Shown here: in pieces, positions 49,901-63,032 of the stretch
How positions within the stretch are numbered: the stretch's first letter is position 1
Layout: every line of letters starts with the position of its first letter
Source of the DNA: Mizuhopecten yessoensis
Taxonomy: Eukaryota
Assembly: GCF_002113885.1 (NCBI RefSeq)
Contig: NW_018406762.1
Location: 1,142,834 to 1,206,833, forward strand
Reading direction: 5' to 3'
DNA: 64,000 nucleotides
The notes under the pieces: model-generated
Seen by the model: the letters and a program-made list of their open reading frames with translations, nothing else
The model's database searches: none
Told to the model about the DNA's origin: nothing
Made by a program: the position numbers and the translations under genes

Positions 49901-52653
49901 ATATGAACTATTCCAACCATTGAATTGGAAGAGTTCATATGTGTCTTCAGGGGTAAATGAGTTAAGCAAGAATTTTAAGAAAGCTGGTTTAAGGATAGAA
50001 TCCATGCTTAGACTTAAGATATTTTGGATTTCTCCTCTTTGATGGTACTTGGAACTCGCACAGAGGTTTTTAAAATACTTATCTGAATTATTTCAAGAAA
50101 AATCTCAATTTTGACAACATTGCTTGGTTTTTAACCCTTTCACCACTGTAGACCATAATGGACTCATCCATATCAATGAATGGTAGAGTCTACTAAAGTT
50201 ACATCGGGGTGAAAGGGTTAAAGTGCTGCTTGATATGAAACCTCAAATATGATACAGTGGAATCTTACACTTCAAACAGTTTTTCCTGGTTTGGGATAAC
50301 GAGCTTATAAGACAAACTACCAAAAATACTGGAATTTGAGAGCAGTGGGCCACATCAGTAATAATGAAGTTAAGACGGGCCATTATATATGTAAACTTAA
50401 AAGAAAATTGGAATATGGAGGAGTCAATGGCCCTTCCAGGATTATTCCTGCTTTTATGTTGACATTACTTTTCTTGAAAGTACGAATCACTTTACCTGTA
50501 CCTGTCGTACTAGGTGTCGACGTGGGAGGGTAATTTATCGGGGTGATGTCCTGGTTACAAAGCGGTTTGTTACAACAACAGAATGGCACGCTCGTGATCT
50601 TTTGACTCTGGATACAGTTCTCCTGGTCACACATATCCTGGTCGGCCCAGCAGCCCTGTTTCATAATGTCTATACCATTGGAGGTGTTACGCCATGCCGT
50701 GAAACAGTGCGGCATCTCAGAGTCACATTCCTGAATTGTCTCGCAGTGCTCGATACTACTGTTACACTTGTCGTCTTTATACACTACACATCGTAACTTT
50801 GGCACTTCGGGCGTTTTCCCTTCAATAGTCGAACCAGCTGTTGACGAGAAAAATAAAATTATGTACATGTTTAGCTATGGTCTGGAATTAAGTAACATCA
50901 CTAAGGCCAACATTCAAAAATGTTAACAAAATACAATTCAAACCAAACAAATGTTTTACTCAACTATGTTTGATATTAATGCTGTCATGTACATGTGAAT
51001 ATATCTTAAAATATCATAAAATAATATATATACATTAAATAAATTCAGAGAATTAAGAACCTATTGCTCCTTCGCCTGTTGCGATTGAATATATTTTAAG
51101 ATGTTCTCGCTTTTACTCAATACCCTGCCTCCTTTCTGGTATCCAGACAAGGAGCAAAGGACCAAATTATTCCACCATTAAGAAAAACATAGGGTTGTTT
51201 CTACTCTTGCCTTGTGCATATATCTTGATGCAATGTTCATACATAAAGCTTTTTAACAGAATAATTATTATTAAGTCGCTAAATGATTGTATGCCTCATG
51301 TATCTACCTGGATGATCCGATGTCTCCTTCAAATCATGTTTTTGCTTTTGATGGTAATTTATTGAACAATAAAACCTACTTTGGACATTGAAGACAGTTA
51401 TACTGTATCAAACATTTTGTTTAATCAACAAAGGCAACAAAGGAAATCACATGGAAATTAAACCAGATTTATTTTACAGTGAATAAAATGTGAAATTCTG
51501 ATACAATTATCAGTTCTTTTAAGACTAGTTTCATGTCTGTATCCAATTATACATAAAAGCTATAGATAATAAGTAAGCTTTGGTTACAATGAATACTGTT
51601 AATTTTAAATAACCAATCACCTAAATCATCTGTCACTTATAATGCATGTCTGAAAATTACTTACTGTTGTCAAAACAGCATTGAATAATTCTATCAACTT
51701 ATCAATACCACTTATTTAATACACAAAACAAAAATAATGTAGGTCTTTTAAAGTTTAATTGAATATCTTTTAAACATTTACAACAAATTTTCAAGAAACT
51801 TATGCCAGATTCAACACATGCAGAATGCGTATATATTTTCCCCAAATAACTACTCCATACAGTATATTCCAATGTGATGCCATGTCACATTATGAACAAT
51901 CAAACATCTATGTAACACATTTTAAATGCATATATATATCCGACAGAATTGTTGGAACTTAACTTGCAACAAGATGAGGTTAGGTTGTATAGAAATGTAA
52001 TATCAATATCCCAGCTTTATAATTCATAGGAGCACAGGGGATATTAAGGAAAATATATCTTTCTATAATGAAACCAGTATCAGTAATTGCTATATATATA
52101 TATAATGAGGATACAAATTACATACAAATGACTTTTATAAGGTTTAGTGAGTTGAAGGGAGTAAGGGTTAATGTTGGCAAGATCTTACGCTTATTGGACG
52201 AAGAAGAAGATCGTGGGATCAGTGCCACAGTGGTCCGAATATGAAGGAATAAGGAATGACATTAAGATTTTGTTGGATAGATGACAACAAGAATGACGAC
52301 GACTTCGGTTACTTTAAACAATACAAAAACGTGTACAGAGTGTTTAAGAATAAAACATCTGATCTGTCACACGCATGTAAATTAACACGTGCATGTAACG
52401 ACCGGTGTTTACATTCGAACGGGGCCACACGTTGTGAACTGATTTGACATCAGAATTTAGGCCGGGTTATTTCCAAAGATTTCGACATACGAGTATGTCA
52501 GATGTGTTTTGTAGCATGAAAGCATTCCAGTTGAACATATTATTAGCTCAGCAGTGTCAATCTATGAAACTTACCACTTATTTGAAACGATAGCGCAAGA
52601 CTAAAAACACAAAAGATCGGGCAGAGCCTCTGAAACAAGTTTTGCGAGTTCAT
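46957..52653 (-). CDS. ACVR2: Activin receptor type II (TGF-beta family Ser/Thr kinase receptor), 530 aa. Exons 52653-52575, 50837-50496, 49605-49467, 48991-48421, 47879-47610, 47148-46957
   Basis: Signal peptide [26 protein letters not shown] (ACC ATG). Cys-rich ectodomain ending [34 protein letters not shown]. Kinase motifs [79 protein letters not shown]. No GS box, so type II. All phases consistent (1593 nt). Confidence 0.95.
50131..50221 (+). mobile_element. ~90-bp TTAA-flanked MITE, copy 3 of 3 (best preserved)
   Basis: TTAA-CCCTTTCACC ... GGTGAAAGGG-TTAA. Confidence 0.85.
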
Positions 52654-53627
52654 GGTTCAGCTCGAGTATCGATCCCGTTCTGCAACAAGAAATCTAGTAA
52701 ATATTCTTTCTTATTGCAGAATACGAGTCTCTAGATAATCGTTTAAAGTCATATTAAAGGCTGTCTCCCCAGTCTTCGTTGTTCAACACAAATTTCCTTT
52801 TTTTCTGCACGTAAAGCCGAGAACTCTGTTTACTTTTATTCCAATATGGCTGACACCACTCTGAGTTGCCCGGATGTTGTTAATTGTTGAAACTAAAATA
52901 CAAAGACGAAAAGGATTTCCGGCAATGTTACCCCGTTTAACCCTTGGTAGAGAAAAAATGTCAATACCATGATTTACGTCAGAGATAGGAACAATACTAT
53001 TAACTTCAACTTGGAAATATATTAATGGATACTTTAAACTCTTTACTGATATACAAATTAAATGAATCCTTTGTAAAGATTTTAAATGCGTGCCCATTTA
53101 AATGCCAAAATGTCCCGATTAGAAAGCATGGATTCGTGTTTAGACGTGCATTAACAAAACAACGGCCTTTGCATTAAATAACAATCATCAACCCATATCA
53201 ACTGATCATGTCTAGGGTTACTTAGCAAGAATTCGACAATTTAATATTCATATCCAGCTTCAATATTGAACATATCTACTTGAATTCGTGTTCAGTTGTC
53301 CACCGACCATTTACAAATAAAAAAATATTCTGAGACAAATTGTAAGCAAAGTATGAGAAATTAACGAGTTAATACATGTTTTGTAATTCTTATCAAATAC
53401 AATGAAATATATTTTTACCCTCTTTTCTCATTGGGTACGTTCTTGTTTATATATATTTTTCTTTTATAAATTTTCCTTGCTACGTTTTGCGTCATATATT
53501 TTACCAAATTTTGCACGCAGTTGTAGCTCGTTTTATTAGTAATATTAATACACATTTATTTCTCCAAAATTACTGACATCTAATTTGTTGATCTCCGTAC
53601 AAAATTTGAGCAAGACCCGTGTTTCTG

Positions 53628-53670
53628 CTTAGACCACGGAATTAGATGTTATCTAAGTCCGTGCTTAGAC
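53628..53670. mobile_element. 29-bp palindromic insertion with 7-bp TSD (CTTAGAC)
   Basis: CTTAGAC-CACGGAATTAGAT-GTT-ATCTAAGTCCGTG-CTTAGAC; 13-bp arms with one mismatch. Confidence 0.75.
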
Positions 53671-54259
53671 ACAATATTATATTTTGCCGTAATTTTTTGT
53701 CCAATTAGCTTAGCATAGTTAAATACTAAGAAACCGATCCTTATATAAATTAAAATTGTCAAACAGATGTGATTAATAATTTTCTAGTTATGTGCAGAAT
53801 TTCATCAAAATGGGATATATATATCAAAATGTTTTTAATACGTCAGCTCTTGTCCGATCATCTTTTTATTTATTTATTTATTAATATAAAAAAAGTGTTA
53901 TAAGACACAGTAATAAATGCCTACTATCGTTAGCAATAAAGTTATATCTGATTATAACTTACTCAACAGGATTTAAAACAGTTTCCTTATCACTAGATAA
54001 AGAAACACACAATGCCCAAATTGCAACGTTCCAGAATATTAAATCAAAGTCTGACTTCTGAGACCTGCTACAGGAAGGGTCATAATGATCCGTCAAAAAG
54101 AACAATTGGAGATATTTTTGCATCAAATAATATTATCATTATTAGGTGTACTTGCTTTTATTATGAAACAGAAAGAAATTCCATAAATTTTGTTTGAGTT
54201 GTTTTTAAATCATGTATTTTTTTCTAGAACATCTACAAGTCTATTTGCATTAGAAGACG

Positions 54260-54505
54260 GGCACCTGCTGATTGGTACGCTTAGAGTTGTCCCCCTTGGG
54301 TCAGTGTTTTCGCTTGGCTATTGTCGCTGTCTGCTGGCCTGGCAAACGAAAGCAGATTGCCCATCACTGGGGTGGCTATTGTGCTAGCTGTAACCATGTT
54401 TTTGAGTCATCAATAAGTATCCGTCGTTCACGTGAATGTTTATACAGGAACAGTGTTACGTTCTTGGACGCCAAATTGCGACGAAATTCTAGAAAAAGGT
54501 GAGAC
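54260..54505 (+). promoter_or_regulatory. Possible divergent promoter and non-coding first exon of an unidentified + strand gene
   Basis: Locally CpG-rich, inverted CCAAT (CTGATTGG ~54268), strong donor AAG|GTGAGA at 54498/54499. No coding exon identified downstream in the window. Confidence 0.3.
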
Positions 54506-56391
54506 CACTGTGTTTGTAAAGGGACATAGATCTTGCATTTGTTGAAGAGCGTGTATTATTTTAGGAACGCAAGCTCGCTGAATCATTCTCAGCATCGCAC
54601 GCGAGGTGCTGTCTTTGTGTTATAGGATGGTGAATGGTTCGAACAGCTGACTGTTTAATCTCATTCATTTAGAATATTGCTTTGGCTGTCTCCGACACTT
54701 GCAATGCCGAAATGTCAAACGTAAATGGTAGATTTATTTACGGTCGTTGTTTACACTTCACCACAGACAACACGGATTTTTTTTTTTATGAAAAATGTAA
54801 TATTCAGTAGCTTGATTCGTCATTAATCAATATCCTGCTAGTTTTGGACATTATTTCCTCAGACAAATGTCTCGATACACTAGCACTAAGCAGACGGCCA
54901 ACTGACAGTGTTAGTCTTAAGTCTAGTTTCATTGTTTACAGGTTAGTGGTCTTTATTTCAAGTGACATACCGGACAGAGGATCTTTATCATACTCATTTG
55001 ATTATCTATCTAAAAATAACTGAAAAATCATGTATATTTTCATTCCATGACAAATACGATTGCTTTATAACTCTGTCAGCAAGCTACTGTTATATTTCTC
55101 GAATTTTGTGAAGGACAAAGGAACCAATCACTGTCAGTATACATATATATTTATATATATTTTAAGGAAAATCTTCATTTCTAGGGTCACCATGAAAACA
55201 AAGAAATAGTCGAGAAATGATGAAGAATTTTACGTGATTAAGTCTTTAAGTACAGACTGATGTTGTGCAAACGCATGCCTATTGTCATTGTGGCACTTTT
55301 TAACACATACAGCAAGTTGTCACGATGATAAAATATACACCAAGAACCCAGTTCTTGTTCATTATAGGTCTTCATAGCCACACGAACACACACTTCAAAG
55401 CTACTTGACTTACTTATCATACTTAATCATGTTTAGTATGTGTATTTGAAGGTTATAGTGAATGTTTTTTATTTCCTGCATGGTAAATATATAGGAATGA
55501 ACGTTTGTTTTTGGCTGGGTCCAACAAGTTATTGTCTTGTGGTCACATCTATAGGCAAAGTAAACAATATTTATGCAGATATATGTTGAATGTCAATTGT
55601 GTTTGAAAAAATTCATGGAAAAGTTGTGTATAAAGATATCGAACTAGGTCAAACTTTACTAGAAGCAGTGCCATTCAAGACTTCTTTGAAAAATTCACGA
55701 TAATTGGTCCGGATCCTGCAGATATAGAAAAAAAATACAGGAAATGTAAGTTGAATTTCCTAAAAATCTTCATAAAAATTAGCAGGTTAACGTTTGACAA
55801 AGTGAAATGAACTGGGGTCAAAAATACTACAATATTTGAAGTTATACAGAGGGGTTCACTTTACAATGAGGGGGTTTCGTATTACCATACTGGGCTCATA
55901 TTTAATACCATTGGCTTCACAACACCAGAACATGTCAGTCTTTTTATAGATTGCATTATAATCCAATGGCAGATGGTGTACTAGTATGTAGTGGTGGTAT
56001 TATTCTGGGTCTATAAGAATAACCTGAGGTAATAGATCCAGATCTGGTTACCTAAACTGAATTATTGAAGGGGCTTTATGGATTGTGTGTACATGTGTGT
56101 TCAGGTCTCAGCTGGTTTGTATTGTAATTTAATGTCAAAAAATATAAAAGAAACATGGTGTTTACAACTAAACTATTAGGCTAGTAGAGTTGGTAAGAGT
56201 GTCCTAAATTTGGATCTGTGTCCTAGGCCTGGGTTCAAATCCTTGCATTGAATGATCATTGCATTTTTCCTGTTTTAGCTGTGCTACTCTATACCTGGAA
56301 ATTTCAAAAACTGTTTACCTTTTCACTGATTTTCACTGGTGTAATCCATTTTTACCCTGTGCTTATTTTCGCCCTATACATGTATTGACTG

Positions 56392-56549
56392 TGTGACAGG
56401 TTTTAATTGTACATAGGATTAAGGTCGCCTTCTAGCTTCGAGCTAGAGGGAAGTTCCCTTTAGCTCAGTGGTAGAGCATGCATCCGACTAGGAACCTGGA
56501 GATCATGGGTTTGATCCCCGGTGGAAGCACACTTTTCTTTCCTATTACA
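56392..56549 (+). mobile_element. tRNA-derived element (A and B boxes) inside a TG...CA-bounded ~158-bp unit
   Basis: A box TAGCTCAGTGG (56461), B box GGTTTGATCCC (~56508); unit ends TGTGACAGG...CCTATTACA. Confidence 0.55.
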
Positions 56550-59090
56550 TGTACAACTGTATTCATTGTCTTGACAAATTCGCTGTTTAAAAGTGAAGTC
56601 TGAAACTGCAGAGAAAATATTGTGACACACAATAATGTACCAATAATGATTTGAAGATAGTTTAGGGAATCGGTCTAGAACAATTGCAAGTGGCTCTGAC
56701 AGTTGGTTGGAACTGTAACTGGACTGGGTCAATCACCGGTGACCAGGTTAAAGCGTCCGTCTAGAGCTGGGTTTGAACCCCGGTCTCGTTTGGCATTTTC
56801 CGTTCCTGTTGCATTTGGTGCCTACGACCAACCCCTGTATCAAGAAGTATGGGTAAACTTGACAAGAGGATAAGCGGCAAAGACTTGGAATTTTCCCACT
56901 CTTGTTAAAGAACGTCCACTGTCGTTGGAGGTTCCAGGTTTTATTCCTCGTCTTATGGTCACATTTTCAGTTTTGTTTGAGCAGCACAGTCTTGCGAGGC
57001 ATTTATAAAAACATGTTTGCAAAATATTTTTCAAACTAAGACAGGCTATCTGCTTCCATTTCTATCTTGGTGGTATTTGGAAGCAGTAAAATTATTTCCA
57101 AATCTGATACATGTATAATTTCTTTTTTTTGAATTAATATATTAGCAGAGCTATTATGATAATAAATGCCTTTACACAGATTTGTACAGTAGGTGAAATG
57201 GATGATCAAAATAATTACACCACAGCAGGCCTTAGCCTGCACTTGTTGCTTCTACCAAGGCAGCTTAAAAAAGATTAAACAGTTTATAAAAAGGAAGTTC
57301 TGATATAATATTTAGTGGTGAAGGATGAATTGGAGATAAAACAGATGTCAAGTGGCTTTGGCTGTATATAAATCCCTGTACTTGGAGGTTTTAGCTAAAG
57401 TGACAATGCACTATAGATATAACACTGATCCTGACACTACCAGCCCAGGGTCACATCTACAAGGAGGAAAGCCACATTTGTTGTATTAAACACCCCACAA
57501 ACATAGGGAACCGTCACATACTGGAGCTATGGACCACATAGCTGTAGACACTTACAGCCATACATCTGTAAGACAGGAAGTTAAATGTTGCTGGGTTACC
57601 ATTTTTTTGTCTACAGGGTACCTGCTGTACATAGCCCATTGCATGTTACGAGAGACCAAGAGACCAGTCTGATGCCCCTCTGTGTAGCAGCAGTTGATGC
57701 CCTTATCTTTTCTTTGTTTTTCCACCAATTCTTTCTTTGTGACATTCTTATAAGTTTTGACGTTTGTGTTGGGAAGAAGTAAAATGTGAAAAAATAAATT
57801 AATTCAGAAATTGCCAAGTGCCCTGTACATGTGTGCTTATTAGATAGAATATGATAAGAGACCATTTAAATATGTGTTAATTGCAATGCAGTGCATAGCC
57901 AAAGCACCTGCACCGTCAGCCATGCAGAACATTTACTACATGTGTAATGAAATTCTGCTGATGAAAAGAAAATCTGAATCAATATTTTCTAAAACGTGGA
58001 GCTTTGAAATTGTGAAGTCCTAACAGGTAGGCAACAATATATTACACGTAGTATACAAGTCAGATGTTTAAAGTTGTACTGAAAAGATTTTCAGCACACA
58101 GCTGTAACAAATGCTCTGGCTTCTGACCCTGCGTGTCCTTGTTAGCAATGACAAATAGACCAGTTTTGCAGTAGGACAGACCTCTGTCATGTGAAAGACT
58201 CTATTGTTTGTGAAAGATGACTTATCTGGTCGTAGTCGGCTCTGTGGTTTATAAGTGTGCTTCTAAACGAAAACTATGACAACATTCCTGGTTTACCTAG
58301 GAGGATTTGTGTATTTACCTGGTCAAGACTAGCAACCAGGAACCCCATAAGTGATGTGCTGGTTTGTGACACTGCAGCACTGTCAGTGTCATCTTTGATA
58401 ATGTGACGGAATGTAACACTTAAAAATGTGAAGTGTTATCACTGGCAATGTGTTGAATTTTGTGTGACGCTGCAGAATTTTAAAGTCGCCAATGACTCGA
58501 GATCACTCTCCTATATGAACCATATACAATTATTTGATAAAATAAAATTTGTTACCTTATTATAACTTATATTACCTACCCTAAATTTTTCAATCATGTT
58601 ACTGGAAACACATATATTTTTTTTGTCTGGCCAAACCACTGGCAGTGTGTTGGATTGTAATTAGCACACTTTAGGACTTGGAGACAATATATTGATGGAT
58701 TCCAAAAACTTTGATAGTGACAGTAGTTTTCTTAAGATGATCATCCTGATTTGTCTGTTCTCAAAACGACACAGCTTGTTAAATTTTCCGCAAAATATCA
58801 GAAAGGAAAATGTAGAAGAAATATATTTCATAGAAGATCTATTGAACACTTCATTGCAAGGTGATTCACAGCCAATCATTGTGCATGAGTGTGCAATTCT
58901 GAACCCCTGATGTAACAAGTAGCATGGCATCAAAATTTATTGCATTTGTAATTTTGCAATCAGACTTCAACTAGTGCATTATTACTATGATCGTGAAATA
59001 CAGTCACCTCTGGTAGGTTGTAGCATCATTTGATATTCTCATTCACGTTGTGCTCGATTATGACGCAAGGTATACATAAGTAGGGTGATT

Positions 59091-59313
59091 GTTTGGTTTG
59101 TTTGTGCGTTACATCCCATTAACAGCTAGGGTCATTTAAGGTTGTGCCAGGTTTTGGTGGTGAAGGAAAGCCAGATTACCTGAAGAAAAATCACTGACCT
59201 GCAGCCAGTACCTGGCGACTTCCCCACGTAGGCCTTGAACCCGCGACCCAGTGTTTGAGGGCTTGTGATCATAGACTGTCAGACGCCTTAATCACAACGG
59301 CCATCCAAACCCC
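59091..59313 (-). mobile_element. tRNA-headed SINE with V-like central domain and (AAAC)n tail
   Basis: B-box GGGTTCAAGGCC on minus, GGAAAGCCAGATTACCTGAAGAAAA central block, tail TGACCCTAGCTGTTAATGGGATG..AAACAAACCAAAC. Confidence 0.7.
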
Positions 59314-60066
59314 AAGTAGGAGGATGAAGGTCACAACAATAAAAAATAAAGTCATAGAAAATGAAAATTATGGAAATTATAGAAAATAAATCATGATTAC
59401 CACCTCTTTACTTCAGAAAAGCCCAGGCATATATAGTACATAAAACATTTTAATCTATGCTCCTTATAAAAAAACTTCAAATCATAGACTTGTAGTTGTT
59501 TCTTTGTCTGTGTGATCCAAGGTTTTGAAGAGTTGAGTGTAGTTCTATGTTTCCCAGCTAACTAAATGTATACCAGTAATCATTTACTTGGTCAATTTGA
59601 AGGATTTCCGATCAGATGTCATTTAATTTCTAGATGTTACCGGTAACTTTAAAGTTCTCCCAATCATCTTGAAGCTATGAAATAGAGGGAGTTCTGTTAG
59701 TATGCAATTATAACCAGGAAGCTGCTCTGCAATGTACTATGGCCTCCACTGATGTCAAATAATATACAGAACATTTAGTGTGTAGTTTCTAGAGAAAAAT
59801 ATACCAAAGATTTAGTGTGTAGTTTCTAGAGAATAATAAAGATATTTGAAAAGGATAGATAAGACTTGTTTTACGGGTAAATGATTCCGTCATAAAGTTA
59901 CACACTAAGGCCCTGTACTGAAAACTTACCTACCGTATTTACTGTAATGAATACCCATATGCGCCAATAAACTGCTCCCCATTCTTCAGGCCCGATATCA
60001 AGCTCCACACTTAGTTTTGTCATACTGTCTGGAAAACAAATTATACGAATCAATGGATTATACATC

Positions 60067-60290
60067 TGGTTTGTTTATTTTTTGTGCTTTATGTCCTATC
60101 AACAGCTTTGGTCATTTTACTAAGGAAGAGCAAGATTTTGTGGGGGAGGAAACCAGAGTACCTGGAGAAAAACCAGCGGCTTGCGGTCAGTACCTAGTGA
60201 CTGCTCCACATAGGCCTCAAACCTGAGACCCTGTAGTGGAGGGCTAGTGATATAGTAAATGGTCATTAACTTGACCATAGCTTCCCCCCA
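60067..60290 (-). mobile_element. Second copy of the same SINE family
   Basis: GGAGGAAACCAGAGTACCTGGAGAAAAACC..GCGGTCAGTACCT..; colinear with 59091-59313. Confidence 0.7.
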
Positions 60291-62289
60291 ACATATTATC
60301 AATCCCTCTGCATCATTAGAATGATAATAACCTCCGTAATTGTAAGTGTTGATGTTGCCACTGTGTTTAGGACATAGTGTACTAATTTACATATTTCTCT
60401 AGGCATAAACCTTACCGACACATTTCGTCATCCGAACATCTTGCAAAATCGTCATTAAGATTAATTCTGTATAAATTTTCTTCTTGCTTAAATTAAAAAA
60501 AAAATATCAACCTTCTCTGAAAGTAGAAGTTGGGTTTATGCATGGACATTTTCATTATCACTCGCCAAAGTGCAAGTGTGGGTGCTGCATAAGTTTCGCT
60601 GATAATAGGGTAACCATATCAGAACTTGTCAAGGCTAGAGTTAATGTCGTTTTATAAAATTGTAAGGTATACAAGGTATTTTAATATTGTATACATAATG
60701 TACATTCAGTTAGTAATTCTCTCATCTAAAAAGTTTCTCTCGTTTCAATATTTTTGAAGTGCACTTGGTATAAATGGCAAAGACTTCATTATATATATTG
60801 CTGCCATTTATTTTGCTATAGGAATCATTAAAAAAAAGGAAAAGGGAACTTGAAATTATGTTGTCAGTAAATCATAGTGGCAGATGAAACGAGGGGCACT
60901 ATATCAAGGTTTTATGGTATATACAAGGTGATTAATCTTTATCTTTTTATGGGTGCTTTCCCATTGTATTATTAAAACCTTCGGGACCCACCAAGTTAAG
61001 TTTCAGTATTTCCAGACATTTTATGACTACCATCAAAAAACACAGGACAATAAATAGGACTCAGGACAATATGTTTTAGATTCATTACTTTGTACATACA
61101 TTGTATATTCAATACCACCGATAGAAATGAAGCTTAACAGAAAAATGAATATAGAAATAATAATGATAAAAGGACTTTTTCTGTAATTTAAACTATATAT
61201 CTATGATCTATAATTTTCCAGATTGAAGAAAAAATGGGGGGGTAGGATGGAGGGGGGGCATCAATACCTATATATGCATAAAATAAAAATTCATATGGGG
61301 ATATACACGATCCTTCCTTCTTAAGAAACCAAAGTAGGACATGTAATCTCCTTTACATATACTGTACATGATGTAAATTTCCTAAATACAAGAGAAAATT
61401 GTTTTACTTTATCTAATTTCAATGTATTGTGTGGTATATACCTGTCCTACTTTTTTGTTAATTTTAAAGCTGACAGTACAAATTTAAGTACGAAAAAAAA
61501 TGTAATTATATTTTATTTCTACGAAATCTCTATTGAAAGCTTTTTAAGTTGTCAGCTTCAATGTCCTGGCCATTATTTATGGTCTTTTATACTGTTTTGC
61601 CTTATATTTCATTTTTATATCTTTTAAGTTTTTGTATTTTTTCCCCCCAAAAAGAACAGTGGCAAGTTTCAGCTACTCTTTATTTTGTTTTATTTCACAT
61701 ATTTACCATATACCTGCTAAGTTTTCAGTGATGAAATGAGAGATGATGGGGTTCACATGCTGTCAATTACAATCAAGATCTTTAGGCCATCCACTCAGGA
61801 TGGTATACCTGAAATTTTATATTTGTGATTGTTTTAGATTAATTGTCACAATAGCATGTAACACAGATACTGTCATCTATTTTAATGACAACTTGGCATG
61901 CTTGGTTTCTTGGATTCTCAAATTAGCCATTGGGTTGAAAAGAAAAATCATATTTAGCCTTAGGTTTGAATGGAGAAACCAACTATTGCCACTGGGTGAA
62001 CATATTTTTATCTCATTGCCCGACAGCTGGTGAGTGCAACTGTCCTTGGTTTGTTGCTGTGACATCACTGACGGTATGGGTTGCATGTTAAATCTAGCAT
62101 GACAATCACCATTATGTGGCAATATATCTCACCGCCACCACCACGCTTCCCACAGCACTTTCACCAATGCTTTATACAGGGTGGTTTAGTAGATTCTGAT
62201 TGCTATGCCTATAACAAAATATATGAATCATCAGTTTCTGTTTTTCGCTGATATCATCTCTGCATGTTCACCTAGATAGCACTGGCAAT

Positions 62290-62482
62290 AGCCCACATCG
62301 GGGGAACCGCTACCGTTATTGGCAGTGAATCACCCTACTAAAGAGAACAGGAACCCTCAGGTGACTTGACTTAAGAACCACATCCATGTTCAGGAGTTCT
62401 AAATACCAAAAACTGGCACGTCCTTAAATGACCATAGCTGTTAATGGGACGTAAAACACAAACAAACCAAACCAAACCAAAT
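62290..62482 (+). mobile_element. SINE 3' part sharing the tail of the 59091 family but with a different body
   Basis: CTGGCACGTCCTTAAATGACCATAGCTGTTAATGGGACGTAAAACACAAAC(AAACC)3. Confidence 0.65.
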
Positions 62483-62806
62483 CTAAATAGCAAAGATCGT
62501 ATGGTGACAGAGCAACGGTAGTTTCTTCCAGGAATGAAATGTAAGGGTCAAGGAAGATTTGACCTGGGCAGTTCATTGCCTGGGGTCAAGAAGGTAAGTC
62601 TGAGCAATGGGCTTTTTTCAGCAATATTTAGTAAATATCAAAAAAATATAAGAGTCATTATATTTTGATGTATCAGAAAACCAGTGGAAAGACAAATTTC
62701 AGTTTTGAGGGTCCTATGGTCCTGTGCAAGATTATCCCTGCAATTAAAAGAGGGTTAAGAAAAAATTTACCATGGGAGGTAATAGAGGAAGAAAGAAGAG
62801 TAAAAA

Positions 62807-63032
62807 GGGGAGGTAACAAACAAGTTAGATTTTAGAGGAGCAGTGGACGGGTAAATAGAGTAGGTAACAACGGGATAGTTCACTAGAGGAAGAGCAATGA
62901 AGAGTTAACCAGGGGAGGTAACAAACAAGTTAGATTTTAGAGGAGCAGTGGACGGGTAACTAGAGCAGGTAACAACAGGATAGTTCACTAGAGGAAGAGC
63001 AATGAAGAGTTAACAAGGGGAAGTAATAAACA
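62807..63032 (+). repeat. 105-bp purine-rich direct repeat x2
   Basis: GGGGAGGTAACAAACAAGTTAGATTTTAGAGGAGCAGTGGACGGG at 62807 and 62912. Confidence 0.9.

Noticed and set aside
56455-56530. Genuine tRNA gene
   Set aside because: B box is degenerate (GGTTTGA), acceptor and anticodon stems do not pair cleanly, and several decayed siblings lie nearby.
58661-58933. Overlapping short ORFs at 58.7 kb as exons of the next gene
   Set aside because: No convincing splice sites or protein motifs.
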